Source of the DNA: Limisphaerales bacterium
GTDB lineage: Bacteria; Verrucomicrobiota; Verrucomicrobiia; Limisphaerales; JAJOIW01
Assembly: GCA_965657355.1 (NCBI GenBank)
Contig: CBFHOE010000002.1
Span: 160,001 to 224,000, forward strand
DNA length: 64,000 nucleotides
Direction: 5' to 3'
In this document: in pieces, positions 12,058-21,898 of the stretch
How the letters are laid out: the number at the start of each line of letters is the position of its first letter
Numbering within the stretch: the stretch's first letter is position 1
Translations under genes and position numbers: made by a program
Notes under the pieces: model-generated
The model's input: the letters and a program-made list of their open reading frames with translations, nothing else
Database searches by the model: none
Told to the model about the DNA's origin: nothing

Positions 12058-12091
12058 TTTATAAGTGAATGCTGAGATTTAAATAAAACTT

Positions 12092-12120
12092 AAAAGAGCC
12101 CCAAAATCGGGGCTCTTTTT
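12092..12120. terminator. Bidirectional intrinsic terminator
   Basis: AAAAGAGCCCC-aaaatc-GGGGCTCTTTT perfect stem with A/T runs, between convergent genes. Confidence 0.85.
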
Positions 12121-12213
12121 GTTTAATTTAAAGTAAATGCTACGATCTTTATTCTTAACTAAAAGTATTCATCAACGTTCACCTTCTGCACAGATATAAT
12201 TAGAGAATAACTC

Positions 12214-12417
12214 TTATCCCATCTCGCCTTCTGCACGAATTGATTCGTCGACTTTTCTAGCGAGCTTGATTGCTTGGGCGACGGACTCGTTGATCATATC
12301 TTGTTCATTGTCACTATTCACCGAACCGGATTGAATCTTCGCTGCGAAAATTGAAGCAGCAGATTCCAAGACTCCAATCTCGGTGCTTTGAAGGTTGATG
12401 TATTCTTGGCTGGCCAT
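12214..12417 (-). CDS. Small hypothetical protein (67 aa)
   Basis: ATG start, helical natural-looking sequence, co-oriented downstream of the ABC-F gene. Confidence 0.7.
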   Translation of the reverse strand: MASQEYINLQSTEIGVLESAASIFAAKIQSGSVNSDNEQDMINESVAQAIKLARKVDESIRAEGEMG

Positions 12418-12476
12418 AGTATAAATTAGTGGTTTTTCATGAGCGAATCAAGGAAACCTGCATTGCTTCAAGGATT

Positions 12477-14390
12477 TTATTGCGATTGTGATTTGATATT
12501 TTCTAATTCTTCCCAGCGGGCGTAAAGATCCGAGGTCATTTGTTTTGCTTTTTCTAAATCTTCGTTTAACTGGGTTATTTTTGTGCCGTGTTTAGAGTGG
12601 AACTCAGGGTCTGCAAAAGTATTCTCTATCTCCTCTACTTTTGATTCGGCCTCCATCACTTTTGACTCTATCTCCTCAAGCTCTTTTTTCTCATTCCATG
12701 TTAATTTTCTCGCTTTAAGTGGCTGGTGGCTATCCTTGGCCTTGTTTTCTACCAGTTTAGATTTTGATTGGGATCGAGATTTTGATTTCAGTTGTTCCTT
12801 TCTCTGGTCTTTCTTTTCGATGTAATAATCAAGATTTCCAACGGAATAGTCCACTTGACCATTTCCCTCGAATGAGATAATGCCATTGCAAACTCGATTT
12901 AAAAAATATCGATCATGACTGACAACTAAAACACACCCATTGAATGTCATTAGGCCCTCTTCAAGAATCCTCAGGGTTGATAAATCCAAATCATTGGTTG
13001 GCTCGTCGAGGATCAAGAAGTTACCACCATTTTTTATAACTTTTGCTAATGCGACTCTATTTTTCTCACCTCCGGATAAGTGACTTATTTTGCATTTGAG
13101 ACTGGAGTCGGAAAACAAGAATCTTTTTAGATAAGCTCGAACCGAAAGTTTTTGATTTCCAAACATGACCCAATCAGCTCCTTCTCCTACTTCCTGAATG
13201 ATGTCATTTTCGGGATTCAGATCAGACCTATTTTGATCGATGTAATTAAATTCGGTTCGGTCACCTATGAAAACAGATCCGGAAGTGGGTTTGAGATCTC
13301 CAGTAATGACTCTGAGCAAACTGGTTTTACCCAGCCCGTTTCTTCCCGTGATGCCGATTCTCTGACCCGCTTCGAAATGAAAATCTAGGGAATGAATAAG
13401 CTTTTTCTCTCCAAAGCTTATCTCGACATTGTCCAGTTCTAGAATTCGATTTGCCAAAGCCGGCGGAGGCGGGATGATCAGATCGACCTCTAGCTCTCTT
13501 TCAGGCCCTTCTTCATTTTTGATTTCATGATACTTGTCTAAACGGGCTTTGGACTTTGTCGTCCTTGCCTTAGGACCTCTTCTTACCCACTCAATTTCAT
13601 TTCTAAGAAAACGTTGTCTGTTTTCTTCGCTGCGTTGGGCCAAGGCCAACCTCTCTGCTTTAGCCTCAAGGTAGTCTGAATAGTTGCCTTGATAAGAGTG
13701 AATAATGCCGGCTGCAGACTCGAGAATCCTATCACAAACCTGATCTAAAAAATATCGATCATGTGTTACCATAAGAAACCCACCGGAAAACTGATTTAGG
13801 AATTGCGCCAACCAATCAATTGAGTCGGGGTCGAGATGGTTAGTAGGCTCATCCAATAAAAGAAAATCGGGCTGCCCCACAATAGCTCGAGCCAAAGCAA
13901 TTCGCCTTTTTTCTCCACCACTTAAATGGCTGGTTGCTGACTCCAGGGGTGGAGTCCGGAGGTTTTCAACAATCACCTTAATTCTATGATCAAGATCCCA
14001 CCCCCCAGCAGACTGAATCAAAGCATCTAACTCGGCGTGACGATTACCGTAGCCATCTAGTTCCTCATATTCACTAATCCATTCTAGGATATCTCCAGCC
14101 CCTTTCCGGATATTGTGGTAAACTGACAATTCGGGATCTAATTTCGTTTCCTGGGGCAAATAGTGTATGCGCAGATTTTTCCTAATGTGGACCTTCCCAT
14201 CATCTGGAATCAGATTGCCGGCACAAATTTTCAAAAAGCTGGATTTACCGGCTCCATTTTGTCCCACGAGTCCTATTTTATCATTTTGCCCCAAGCTTGC
14301 TGTGGCCGATCTCAGAACTTGTAAATCATTATATTTCAGAACGATTTCTTGGGCACTGATGACCGCTGTTTCACTTGGTTTTGGTGGCAT
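12477..14390 (-). CDS. uup: ABC-F family ATPase, Uup-like
   Basis: Two ABC domains (GQNGAGKS, GRNGLGKT, LSGGE, DEPTN), linker RRGPKARTTKSKAR, C-terminal coiled coil ending RWEELE. Confidence 0.88.
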   Translation of the reverse strand: MPPKPSETAVISAQEIVLKYNDLQVLRSATASLGQNDKIGLVGQNGAGKSSFLKICAGNLIPDDGKVHIRKNLRIHYLPQETKLDPELSVYHNIRKGAGDILEWISEYEELDGYGNRHAELDALIQSAGGWDLDHRIKVIVENLRTPPLESATSHLSGGEKRRIALARAIVGQPDFLLLDEPTNHLDPDSIDWLAQFLNQFSGGFLMVTHDRYFLDQVCDRILESAAGIIHSYQGNYSDYLEAKAERLALAQRSEENRQRFLRNEIEWVRRGPKARTTKSKARLDKYHEIKNEEGPERELEVDLIIPPPPALANRILELDNVEISFGEKKLIHSLDFHFEAGQRIGITGRNGLGKTSLLRVITGDLKPTSGSVFIGDRTEFNYIDQNRSDLNPENDIIQEVGEGADWVMFGNQKLSVRAYLKRFLFSDSSLKCKISHLSGGEKNRVALAKVIKNGGNFLILDEPTNDLDLSTLRILEEGLMTFNGCVLVVSHDRYFLNRVCNGIISFEGNGQVDYSVGNLDYYIEKKDQRKEQLKSKSRSQSKSKLVENKAKDSHQPLKARKLTWNEKKELEEIESKVMEAESKVEEIENTFADPEFHSKHGTKITQLNEDLEKAKQMTSDLYARWEELENIKSQSQ

Positions 14391-14401
14391 TTTATTACGA
14401 C

Positions 14402-14435
14402 AAAAAAAAGCCCCGGTAAAATGGTGTCCGGGGTT
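14402..14435 (-). terminator. Probable intrinsic terminator after the DEAD-box-like gene
   Basis: GCCCCGG/CCGGGGT stem with A8 run on + strand (U-run on minus). Confidence 0.6.
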
Positions 14436-14459
14436 ATTTCAAAACTTCAAAATGAATGA

Positions 14460-16241
14460 CTATTCGTAGCTTCCACCGCCGTTAGAGCGCTTGTGATATG
14501 AGGAGGACTGATTATTTCCTTTGTTGCGATATCCCCCTCCGCCTCGCCGACCACCACCAGACCTATTACCTCTGCCTCTATCTCTGTCATTGGAATTTTT
14601 ACTCCCGCCTGAATGGCCAAATTCTGCTTTAATCTTAATGCCATTGATATTTGTTTGGTTAAGACTGTCTAGAACTAGATCACTATGTTCCTTTGCTACT
14701 TCTACCAAGACGTTATTATCAAAAATTTCTATCATACCGACGCAATCTGCAGAAAGGCCAGTTTCACCAAGAATAGCTCCAACGACGTGATTAGGCTTTA
14801 TCTGGTCCCTGTATCCAACATTCAGAGAAATTTGGGTCATAGCCTGGCTGTTGGCTGGTCTCTGTTTTTTAGGTGCAGCAGATCTTTTGAAGTTATTATC
14901 TCTCTGTCCCCCTGATTGTCCGCTGTGCCTTCGAGATTGACGGGGCTCACTATTGCCGCGTGCCTTACTTTGTAAATCCAAAGCATGCTCTATCAAAACA
15001 GAAATGGTTTCATGAGAACCTTTTGAAATTGAGAGAAGTTTCTCAACAATATCCTGACGTTGTCGAAAGTCACCTCGTGCAAGCTTTGCCTTAAGTAAAT
15101 CTACCAACTTATTTTCTTCATCCGAGCCTGCTCCATCCAAGAAAGGCACCTGAAATCTTCTTAAAGATTTCTTGAGGGCGGATTCAATAGCATCGATCTG
15201 GCCTAATTCATCCTTGGCGACAAGAATAATATTCTTCTCATGTATTTTGACTCTGTCAGCAAAGTCATCAATCTCATCACTGAGCTCATACTGAATGACG
15301 GACTTGATTCCATCCATATCAAGACCAACACTGCCAAGGTCAGTCGTTACCAAAAAATCAATATCTCCAGCACTGAATGTATCCATTGTGTCATTCTTTA
15401 CTGAGTCCTCAGTTGAGCCATTTAGCTTGGCTGTTTTATAGCCTCTTTCTGCAAAAAAATCACTTATGGACTCTAATGATTGCCTGGAATTGACAAAAAC
15501 GACACTCGGGCTCACGAGTTGGGTTTCAAGGAGACGTTCGAGGACTTCAGGCTTAGATAATTTACCCGTTTCAAAGACCTCTTCCTTTAGGCTGGATTCC
15601 AGGTCAACGGAAGGCTCAATGGAAACTTGTACATATTCTTCAGTAAATTGTTCCGTGACTCCCAAGACACTTTCTGAATCCGAATTCGTGAAAGCGACGA
15701 ATTGGGTATCTTCAGTAGTAGACTCCAATAGAGTTTCAATAATTTCATCGGTTGTCGTAGCTACAACCTCAGATAGCTCATCGATGATGATGGCATTTAA
15801 ATCGTCAAAACTGATCGTCTCTTCCTCTATGTGCTTGGTGAGCTCCGAAAGGGTGGCGACCAATATGTGAGGCTGGGCTTTTACGACTCTTTCGAGTAAA
15901 TCCGCAGACTGACCATTGTAAATATTCGCAATTGAAATATTGGGTGTCCCCGCATTGAGAGTTCGTAATGACCGAGTAACCGAAAGCACCCTAGCTCGGT
16001 TACTGACAACAATAAGAAATTGAATACCTGACTTTTCAGAATCAACTAAATCAATAACAGATAATCCATATGTCTCGACAACTCCGGCAGATGATTGACA
16101 CTTGGCAAGAACATCTTTTCTTTCTTTAATAAGTGGGATGCACTCCGTTTGGAGTGATGAACACCTTTCTAATCCTATCTTCTCTACCGCACTTTTAATC
16201 TCCGGTGAGACCTGTAATTCACTAAACAAGCTCCTCTGCAT
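14460..16241 (-). CDS. DeaD/CsdA-like protein with degenerate helicase motifs, C-terminal DbpA-type RNA-binding domain and RG-rich tail
   Basis: Colinear with DEAD-box core (FSELQVS, IYNGQS, IIDELS, VFVNSR, TDLGSVGLD); well-conserved LNVG.RD.IKP..VVGAILGETGL..IEIFD domain. Confidence 0.85.
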   Translation of the reverse strand: MQRSLFSELQVSPEIKSAVEKIGLERCSSLQTECIPLIKERKDVLAKCQSSAGVVETYGLSVIDLVDSEKSGIQFLIVVSNRARVLSVTRSLRTLNAGTPNISIANIYNGQSADLLERVVKAQPHILVATLSELTKHIEEETISFDDLNAIIIDELSEVVATTTDEIIETLLESTTEDTQFVAFTNSDSESVLGVTEQFTEEYVQVSIEPSVDLESSLKEEVFETGKLSKPEVLERLLETQLVSPSVVFVNSRQSLESISDFFAERGYKTAKLNGSTEDSVKNDTMDTFSAGDIDFLVTTDLGSVGLDMDGIKSVIQYELSDEIDDFADRVKIHEKNIILVAKDELGQIDAIESALKKSLRRFQVPFLDGAGSDEENKLVDLLKAKLARGDFRQRQDIVEKLLSISKGSHETISVLIEHALDLQSKARGNSEPRQSRRHSGQSGGQRDNNFKRSAAPKKQRPANSQAMTQISLNVGYRDQIKPNHVVGAILGETGLSADCVGMIEIFDNNVLVEVAKEHSDLVLDSLNQTNINGIKIKAEFGHSGGSKNSNDRDRGRGNRSGGGRRGGGGYRNKGNNQSSSYHKRSNGGGSYE

Positions 16242-16468
16242 TCGATTTAACTACTTTGAATTTTATGAAACCACGGAGGCAAACAACCCGACGTCTAACT
16301 ATCACCGTTATCCAAGTCGCATCCCCAACAACATACCACGATTCATTTTCGATACCCTTCCAAATCCTGGGACAAGAACCAGTTCAAACTTTAATTTGAT
16401 CCGGTTGACCGCGTTAATTTTATAAATTTGTGAAAAAAAGCAAGTACTTTGATCGTCTAAAAGCAAAA

Positions 16469-17572
16469 TTAAACATTAAATCGGAAAAGCATGACGTCAC
16501 CGTCCTTCACTTCATAGTCCTTTCCTTCGATTCTGTAGAGGCCTTTGTCTCTGGCTGCAGAGACAGACCCACAATCGACTAAGTCCTCGTAGGCTACTGT
16601 CTCTGCCTTAATAAATCCTCTTTCAAAATCAGTATGGATAACGCCAGCAGCTTGAGGCGCCGTATCACCGATATGTATCGTCCATGCGCGCACTTCCTTT
16701 TCTCCTGCCGTGAAGTAGGTTCTTAGACCAAGAAGCGAATACGCCGCCTTTATAAGGGCTCCTACGCCGGATTCCTGGACCCCAAGGTCTGCCAAAAACT
16801 CCCGAGCCTCATCCTGAGACAAATCAACGAGGTCAGACTCAATTTGAGCACTAATAATTACCGTTTCGCAGCCGTGATGCTCTTTGGCATATTCAATGAC
16901 TCGCTTGACGTATTCATTCTCAGCAGCACTGCTGAGCTCGTCCTCTTTTACGTTGGCAGCGAATAAAGTGGGTTTGGATGTGAGCAAGAAAAAGCCTTTA
17001 GCAATATCTGACTCCTCTGAATCCAATTCCAAAGTGAGAACGGGTTTGCCTTCATCCAAGTGAGAGATCAACTTCTCAAGAACAGAACTTTGGGCAACCG
17101 CCTCTTTGTTTGCTCTTTTGACCTCTTTCGCCAACCTTTCAAATTGGCGCTTACAAGATTCCATGTCCGCTAAAATAAGCTCGGTGGAAATTGTTTCTAT
17201 GTCTCGAATTGGATCTATCGATCCCTCAACATGATGAATGTCAGCGTCTTCAAAACACCTTACAACCTGGATAATCGCGTCAGTTTCGCGAATATTGCTC
17301 AAGAATTTATTTCCAAGTCCCTCGCCATCGGCTGCCCCTTTCACTAAGCCAGCGATGTCAACAAACTCAATGGCAGCAGGAATGATTGTTTTGGTTTTAG
17401 CTATAGTGGCAAGCGTATCGAGGCGGTCATCAGGAACATTGACAATCCCTACATTGGGATCAATCGTGCAAAATGGGTAGTTTCCCGATTCCGCATTCCG
17501 TGTTCTTGTGACGGCATTAAAAAGGGTCGATTTTCCAACATTTGGCAATCCAACTATTCCAGCTCTTAGCAT
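16469..17572 (-). CDS. ychF: Ribosome-binding ATPase YchF
   Basis: GIVGLPNVGKSTLFNA, NYPFCTIDPN, DIAGLVKGA, TYFTAG.KEVRAWT, ends FRFNV. Confidence 0.98.
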   Translation of the reverse strand: MLRAGIVGLPNVGKSTLFNAVTRTRNAESGNYPFCTIDPNVGIVNVPDDRLDTLATIAKTKTIIPAAIEFVDIAGLVKGAADGEGLGNKFLSNIRETDAIIQVVRCFEDADIHHVEGSIDPIRDIETISTELILADMESCKRQFERLAKEVKRANKEAVAQSSVLEKLISHLDEGKPVLTLELDSEESDIAKGFFLLTSKPTLFAANVKEDELSSAAENEYVKRVIEYAKEHHGCETVIISAQIESDLVDLSQDEAREFLADLGVQESGVGALIKAAYSLLGLRTYFTAGEKEVRAWTIHIGDTAPQAAGVIHTDFERGFIKAETVAYEDLVDCGSVSAARDKGLYRIEGKDYEVKDGDVMLFRFNV

Positions 17573-17595
17573 AATTCAGGACGGAACTTAATGAA

Positions 17596-18837
17596 CTATG
17601 GACCCTTTTCGCAAGCCTCGACTGCCTTGCGAAAGGATTCTTTCAATTCGGGTAAGGAAATTCCAAAGGCAGCGGATATAGCCAAATCGGGCTTAATTCC
17701 AGTTACTTTTGTAAATTCCACGAGGTTTTTGCTACTAACATCCTCGTCCATTTTATTTGCCACCACAAGTTTGGTTTTTTTAATAAGACTTTGATCGTAG
17801 AGGCCCAGTTCCTCCATAAGGTGACGATAGTCCTCCCAAGGATCTCGATTATCTGCACCAGACATATCCAAAATGATTGCCAAAACACGGCATCTTTGAA
17901 TATGACGAAGAAAATCATGCCCGAGGCCGACATTCCTGTGCGCGCCATTGATCAATCCAGGAATATCACAAAGCGTAATTCTTTCATAATCCGGATATTC
18001 CAAGATTCCCACATTAGGGTGCAAAGTCGTAAAGGGATAATCCGCCACCTTAGGGGTGGCGCCTGACAACTCAGATAGGATAGTACTCTTACCCGCGTTA
18101 GGAAATCCAACAAGACCAATATCGGCAATAGTTTGCAGCTCCAGTCGAAAATCGAATTGTTCCCCCATTTCCCCAGATTGGGCAAATCGTGGAGTCTGCC
18201 GGCGTGAAGAAGAAAAATTTTTATTTCCCATTCCACCTCGACCACCTTTGCAAATCACGTGGCGCTGTCCATGATTCAGGAGGTCGACTTCAAAAACCTC
18301 TACTTTCTCATATTCTTGTTCTTCAGTAACTTCTTCGGGAAGATCCTCAAGGTCGATTTCTATTGCCTTAATTTTTCCACCATCGGTTTGAGATAAAGAG
18401 GCTACCTCACCGCCAACCTCCCTGGCGACAGTAGTCGGCAAATCCATGTCTTGAGACATTTCATCTGCCTCGTCTGTTTCATCAGGAGATTCATGAGGCG
18501 GGTCCTGCTCAAGCGATTCATTGACAGGCTTTTCAACAATCCTCCAAACTCTTGTTCCGCAAGGTACTTTAACAACAAGATCACGGCCGGACCTGCCATC
18601 CATTTTTTTACCTTTTCCGGGCAGCCCGTTTTTTGCTGTCAGCCAAGGTTGGTAAAACTGTTTTTCGAGTGAGTTTAAATCTTTGCAAGCTTCAAGAAGA
18701 ACGCTAGCACCGCGCCCGCCGTTACCACCGCTTGCCCCCCCTTTTGGCTTGAAAGCCTCTCTGTGGAAAGCCACGCAGCCAGCTCCCCCATTCCCAGCCT
18801 TCGCGTGAATTACAATATCATCTATAAACATTGCCAT
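17596..18837 (-). CDS. obgE: GTPase ObgE/CgtA with acidic insertion
   Basis: Gly-rich Obg fold; GLVGFPNAGKST, YPFTTLHP, DIPGLI, NKMD; downstream of rplU-rpmA. Confidence 0.96.
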   Translation of the reverse strand: MAMFIDDIVIHAKAGNGGAGCVAFHREAFKPKGGASGGNGGRGASVLLEACKDLNSLEKQFYQPWLTAKNGLPGKGKKMDGRSGRDLVVKVPCGTRVWRIVEKPVNESLEQDPPHESPDETDEADEMSQDMDLPTTVAREVGGEVASLSQTDGGKIKAIEIDLEDLPEEVTEEQEYEKVEVFEVDLLNHGQRHVICKGGRGGMGNKNFSSSRRQTPRFAQSGEMGEQFDFRLELQTIADIGLVGFPNAGKSTILSELSGATPKVADYPFTTLHPNVGILEYPDYERITLCDIPGLINGAHRNVGLGHDFLRHIQRCRVLAIILDMSGADNRDPWEDYRHLMEELGLYDQSLIKKTKLVVANKMDEDVSSKNLVEFTKVTGIKPDLAISAAFGISLPELKESFRKAVEACEKGP

Positions 18838-18864
18838 AAACTTACTCCATCAAACGTCTAAACG

Positions 18865-18890
18865 AAAAAGGCGGGACTTAGCCCGCCTTT
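18865..18890 (-). terminator. Intrinsic terminator after rpmA
   Basis: AAAGGCGGG-acttag-CCCGCCTTT stem, A-run on + side. Confidence 0.75.
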
Positions 18891-18912
18891 ATCAAGAAAG
18901 TCTGTCTAGATA

Positions 18913-19176
18913 CTATTCAGATTGAGTCGAAGCCAGTGGCTCAACGCTTACCTGGCGTTTTGATTTGTGAAAAGAAACATGGCCATCAACCAGGCTGAAG
19001 AGCGTCCAGTCACGTCCAACTCCCACGTTGTTTCCTGGATGAAATTTAGACCCGCGCTGACGGACGATTATGGTGCCGGCTGAGACGAGTTCTCCACCAA
19101 ATCTTTTAACTCCAAGACGCTTACTTTCACTGTCGCGACCGTTTCTTGAACTACCTTGTCCTTTTTTATGTGCCAT
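18913..19176 (-). CDS. rpmA: 50S ribosomal protein L27
   Basis: [24 protein letters not shown]. Confidence 0.99.
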   Translation of the reverse strand: MAHKKGQGSSRNGRDSESKRLGVKRFGGELVSAGTIIVRQRGSKFHPGNNVGVGRDWTLFSLVDGHVSFHKSKRQVSVEPLASTQSE

Positions 19177-19203
19177 TGTAATTAGTCCTTTTCAAATTGA
19201 TGG

Positions 19204-19515
19204 TTAACCAGAGATTTTGTTAATTTTAATCACTGAGAGGTCTTGTCTGTGTCCTTTTTTCTTTCGGAACCCCTTGCGCCGCTTCATTTTGAAAGCAATC
19301 AATTTTTGACCACGTTTGTGTTCAACTATTTCTGCCTCAACACTTGCTCCGTCTAAAATTGGCGTACCCACTGATACCCCATTGTCACCATGGATCATGA
19401 AGACCTTTTCAATCTTTATTGTTGATCCAGCATCACCCTCTAGACGATTAATCTCGATGATGTCACCTTCAGTTACTCGGTGTTGTGTTCCTCCTGTTTC
19501 GATTACCGCGTGCAT
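19204..19515 (-). CDS. rplU: 50S ribosomal protein L21 (likely ATG 19515)
   Basis: [32 protein letters not shown]. Confidence 0.98.
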   Translation of the reverse strand: MHAVIETGGTQHRVTEGDIIEINRLEGDAGSTIKIEKVFMIHGDNGVSVGTPILDGASVEAEIVEHKRGQKLIAFKMKRRKGFRKKKGHRQDLSVIKINKISG

Positions 19516-19603
19516 TCTTCTCAAATTGGGTCGTGAAATAAATCAAAAAAGGCACACCTTGTCAACAAAATGTGCCCAAGCTTTGAACTTTTCAAAAATG
19601 AAG

Positions 19604-20437
19604 TTATCGGAAATTTGTTAAATAGGAAACATTGTCCTGCATCCATTTAACATCAACGTTGTTGGGAGATGCTATGTTAAGGGCCATTTTGTTTCTAAAT
19701 GTGACCTTTGGAGTCGTCCGACCATCCCTCCAACGCTTTAATTCGGCATGACCATCAGCAAAACTAAAACCAGCAGCATAGTTGTGGTAGCCTGCAGGGT
19801 AGTCGATAATCTTGGCACGGATGCCTTTGAGCGTGGCGTCCACGGCGAAAGCGGCGTCATTGATGCTATCAGCGTGTTCATCGACAGTCATGAAAACTCT
19901 TGATGGGAATTTGATGTTAGAAGATTTAGTGAAAAAAGCATAATAGTTGCCGGGACGAGGGGCTCCTCGGTTGAGCCAGTCAGGTTCCCTGCCTGGATTT
20001 AGATCGTAGTTAATAAATGCCTGTGACATTGAAATACTTCTGATTCTGTTGACCATTTCACCGCGATTGTTTCTTGCCATGGTGAAGTCAGCTGGGCATC
20101 TGTAGACATCCACCTGAGGAGCATATTTTCCTATCTGACCTTCGCGGAGAGTTCTTTTGTCCCAGTTGTTTCTGTTGCCGCTGTTAAAATCAACACTGCC
20201 TGTGATCCATCTGTAGGAATCAACGACATTGTCTTCACTGTCATCGGCATAGAGTTGGCAAGCGAGGGCTATTTGCTTGCTATTATTCATGCATTTAATT
20301 CCCTGTGCTTTGGTTTTGGATTTTGCCAATGCTGGCAAAATCATTGATGCCAAAATAGCTATGATAGCTATCACGACCAACAGCTCGATTAGAGTAAAAC
20401 CTTTTATGGTAGATGCACGTTTTGTTGAAGTAATCAT
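19604..20437 (-). CDS. Prepilin-type N-terminal cleavage / H-X9-DG domain protein
   Basis: [38 protein letters not shown]. Confidence 0.9.
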   Translation of the reverse strand: MITSTKRASTIKGFTLIELLVVIAIIAILASMILPALAKSKTKAQGIKCMNNSKQIALACQLYADDSEDNVVDSYRWITGSVDFNSGNRNNWDKRTLREGQIGKYAPQVDVYRCPADFTMARNNRGEMVNRIRSISMSQAFINYDLNPGREPDWLNRGAPRPGNYYAFFTKSSNIKFPSRVFMTVDEHADSINDAAFAVDATLKGIRAKIIDYPAGYHNYAAGFSFADGHAELKRWRDGRTTPKVTFRNKMALNIASPNNVDVKWMQDNVSYLTNFR

Positions 20438-20734
20438 AATTTACGCTTAATCATCAGAAATTAATTCAAAGTCGGAAAATGTCAATCTGCATTTAGTTCC
20501 AAATCGGGCCAGACAAATTTCAGAGCCAAAGCAATACCACATGCTACCCAGATGTTTGGAACCAGACAATCGACTAAAATTTCCGTTGTCATTTGTCACG
20601 CAGCTCTATCAATCACGTTATCTCGCCTGCATGAGGAAGCTCGTCAACAGTTTTGATTCAAAAAACGAGTAAGAATGACGCAGCTGTGCATTTGGCCTTT
20701 AAATAAACAAAACGTCTAATATTGTTCTAATATT

Positions 20735-21895
20735 ATGACCGCTAGCTTATCAGATTTTCCGCCGTTTTCATTGACCAGACTAATTAAAACGACTTTCGAA
20801 CCTGAAGGTGGGGAGAAAGTGTGCGTTTTAATAGATTTAGATGATCCAACAGAAATTAAAGACTTCGCTTTTCTAGAAGATCCAAAATTAACTGTTCAGC
20901 ATCAAGCTCACCGAGTTTTTTACAAGGGCCTCCACGAGGAAGCCATGCCAGAGCTCGGACTCACTCAAGGGGATATCTTTGCATACGAGATCACAGGAGG
21001 TAGCAACCTCGACCTCCCAGATGAGGCCTACACTCCAGACGGCAAACAAATGAGCCTTGAGAAAGACATATACACGTCGTATGACATCATTCTTTGCGTT
21101 TCCACTTTTTCCGCAACGGCTCCACTTACTGCTTTTGCTAAAAAGTATGGATTTAGGGGAGCCACCCTGCACGGGCTTAATGATATTATCATTAACAGTG
21201 GACTATCGGTTGATTATAACGAAGTAAGCCACCAGGCTGAGAAATTCAGACTGGAAATGACCAAGGCTGACCACATTGACATTGATTTTGCTGTAAGTGA
21301 CAAGAATTTTACCTTGAAACTCATTTTGAACGGGCAAGAAGCCCAAAAAAGCCATGGGCTGTGCCTGGGAAAAAAACCGGATGTCGCCAACCTGCCGGCT
21401 GGTGAGGTCTATTTTGTCCCAGAGGGAGCTGAGGGACAATTCCCCATGCGGTTTACAGACGGAACAATAGGCGTAATGAATGTGAGTGGAGGTAAAATTT
21501 CTCACGCGGATCTCTTATCGGGTAGCCAAGAAACTATCGACGCGCACAACGCCAAGATTAAAAATGATCCGGTAACGGGCGAACTTGGAGAATTAGGTTT
21601 CGGGACGCAGCTCCTCCCTGTTTCAGGCAGAGATATTCAGGATGAAAAAATACTTGGAACGCTTCATGTTGCCACGGGAAGAAGTGACCATTTGGGGGGC
21701 ACGCTGACTCCGGATAAATTCGCAGAAAGAGGGAACGCCACGCATGATGACATTTTATTTTCCCCTACCAAAACTCCTGAAATAAACATCCCTCAGGCCC
21801 GCCTGACAAAGAATGGAGAGACTAAAGTTGTTATTGAAGACTATGAACCATCTGACTTTATCCTATCTGCCATGGGCATTGCTGCCACTGCTTGA
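20735..21895 (+). CDS. Putative metallo-aminopeptidase (M29/AmpS-like)
   Basis: NLPAGEVY, GELGFG, QDEKILGTLHVATGRS, HDD motifs. Confidence 0.7.
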   Translation: MTASLSDFPPFSLTRLIKTTFEPEGGEKVCVLIDLDDPTEIKDFAFLEDPKLTVQHQAHRVFYKGLHEEAMPELGLTQGDIFAYEITGGSNLDLPDEAYTPDGKQMSLEKDIYTSYDIILCVSTFSATAPLTAFAKKYGFRGATLHGLNDIIINSGLSVDYNEVSHQAEKFRLEMTKADHIDIDFAVSDKNFTLKLILNGQEAQKSHGLCLGKKPDVANLPAGEVYFVPEGAEGQFPMRFTDGTIGVMNVSGGKISHADLLSGSQETIDAHNAKIKNDPVTGELGELGFGTQLLPVSGRDIQDEKILGTLHVATGRSDHLGGTLTPDKFAERGNATHDDILFSPTKTPEINIPQARLTKNGETKVVIEDYEPSDFILSAMGIAATA

Positions 21896-21898
21896 GTC

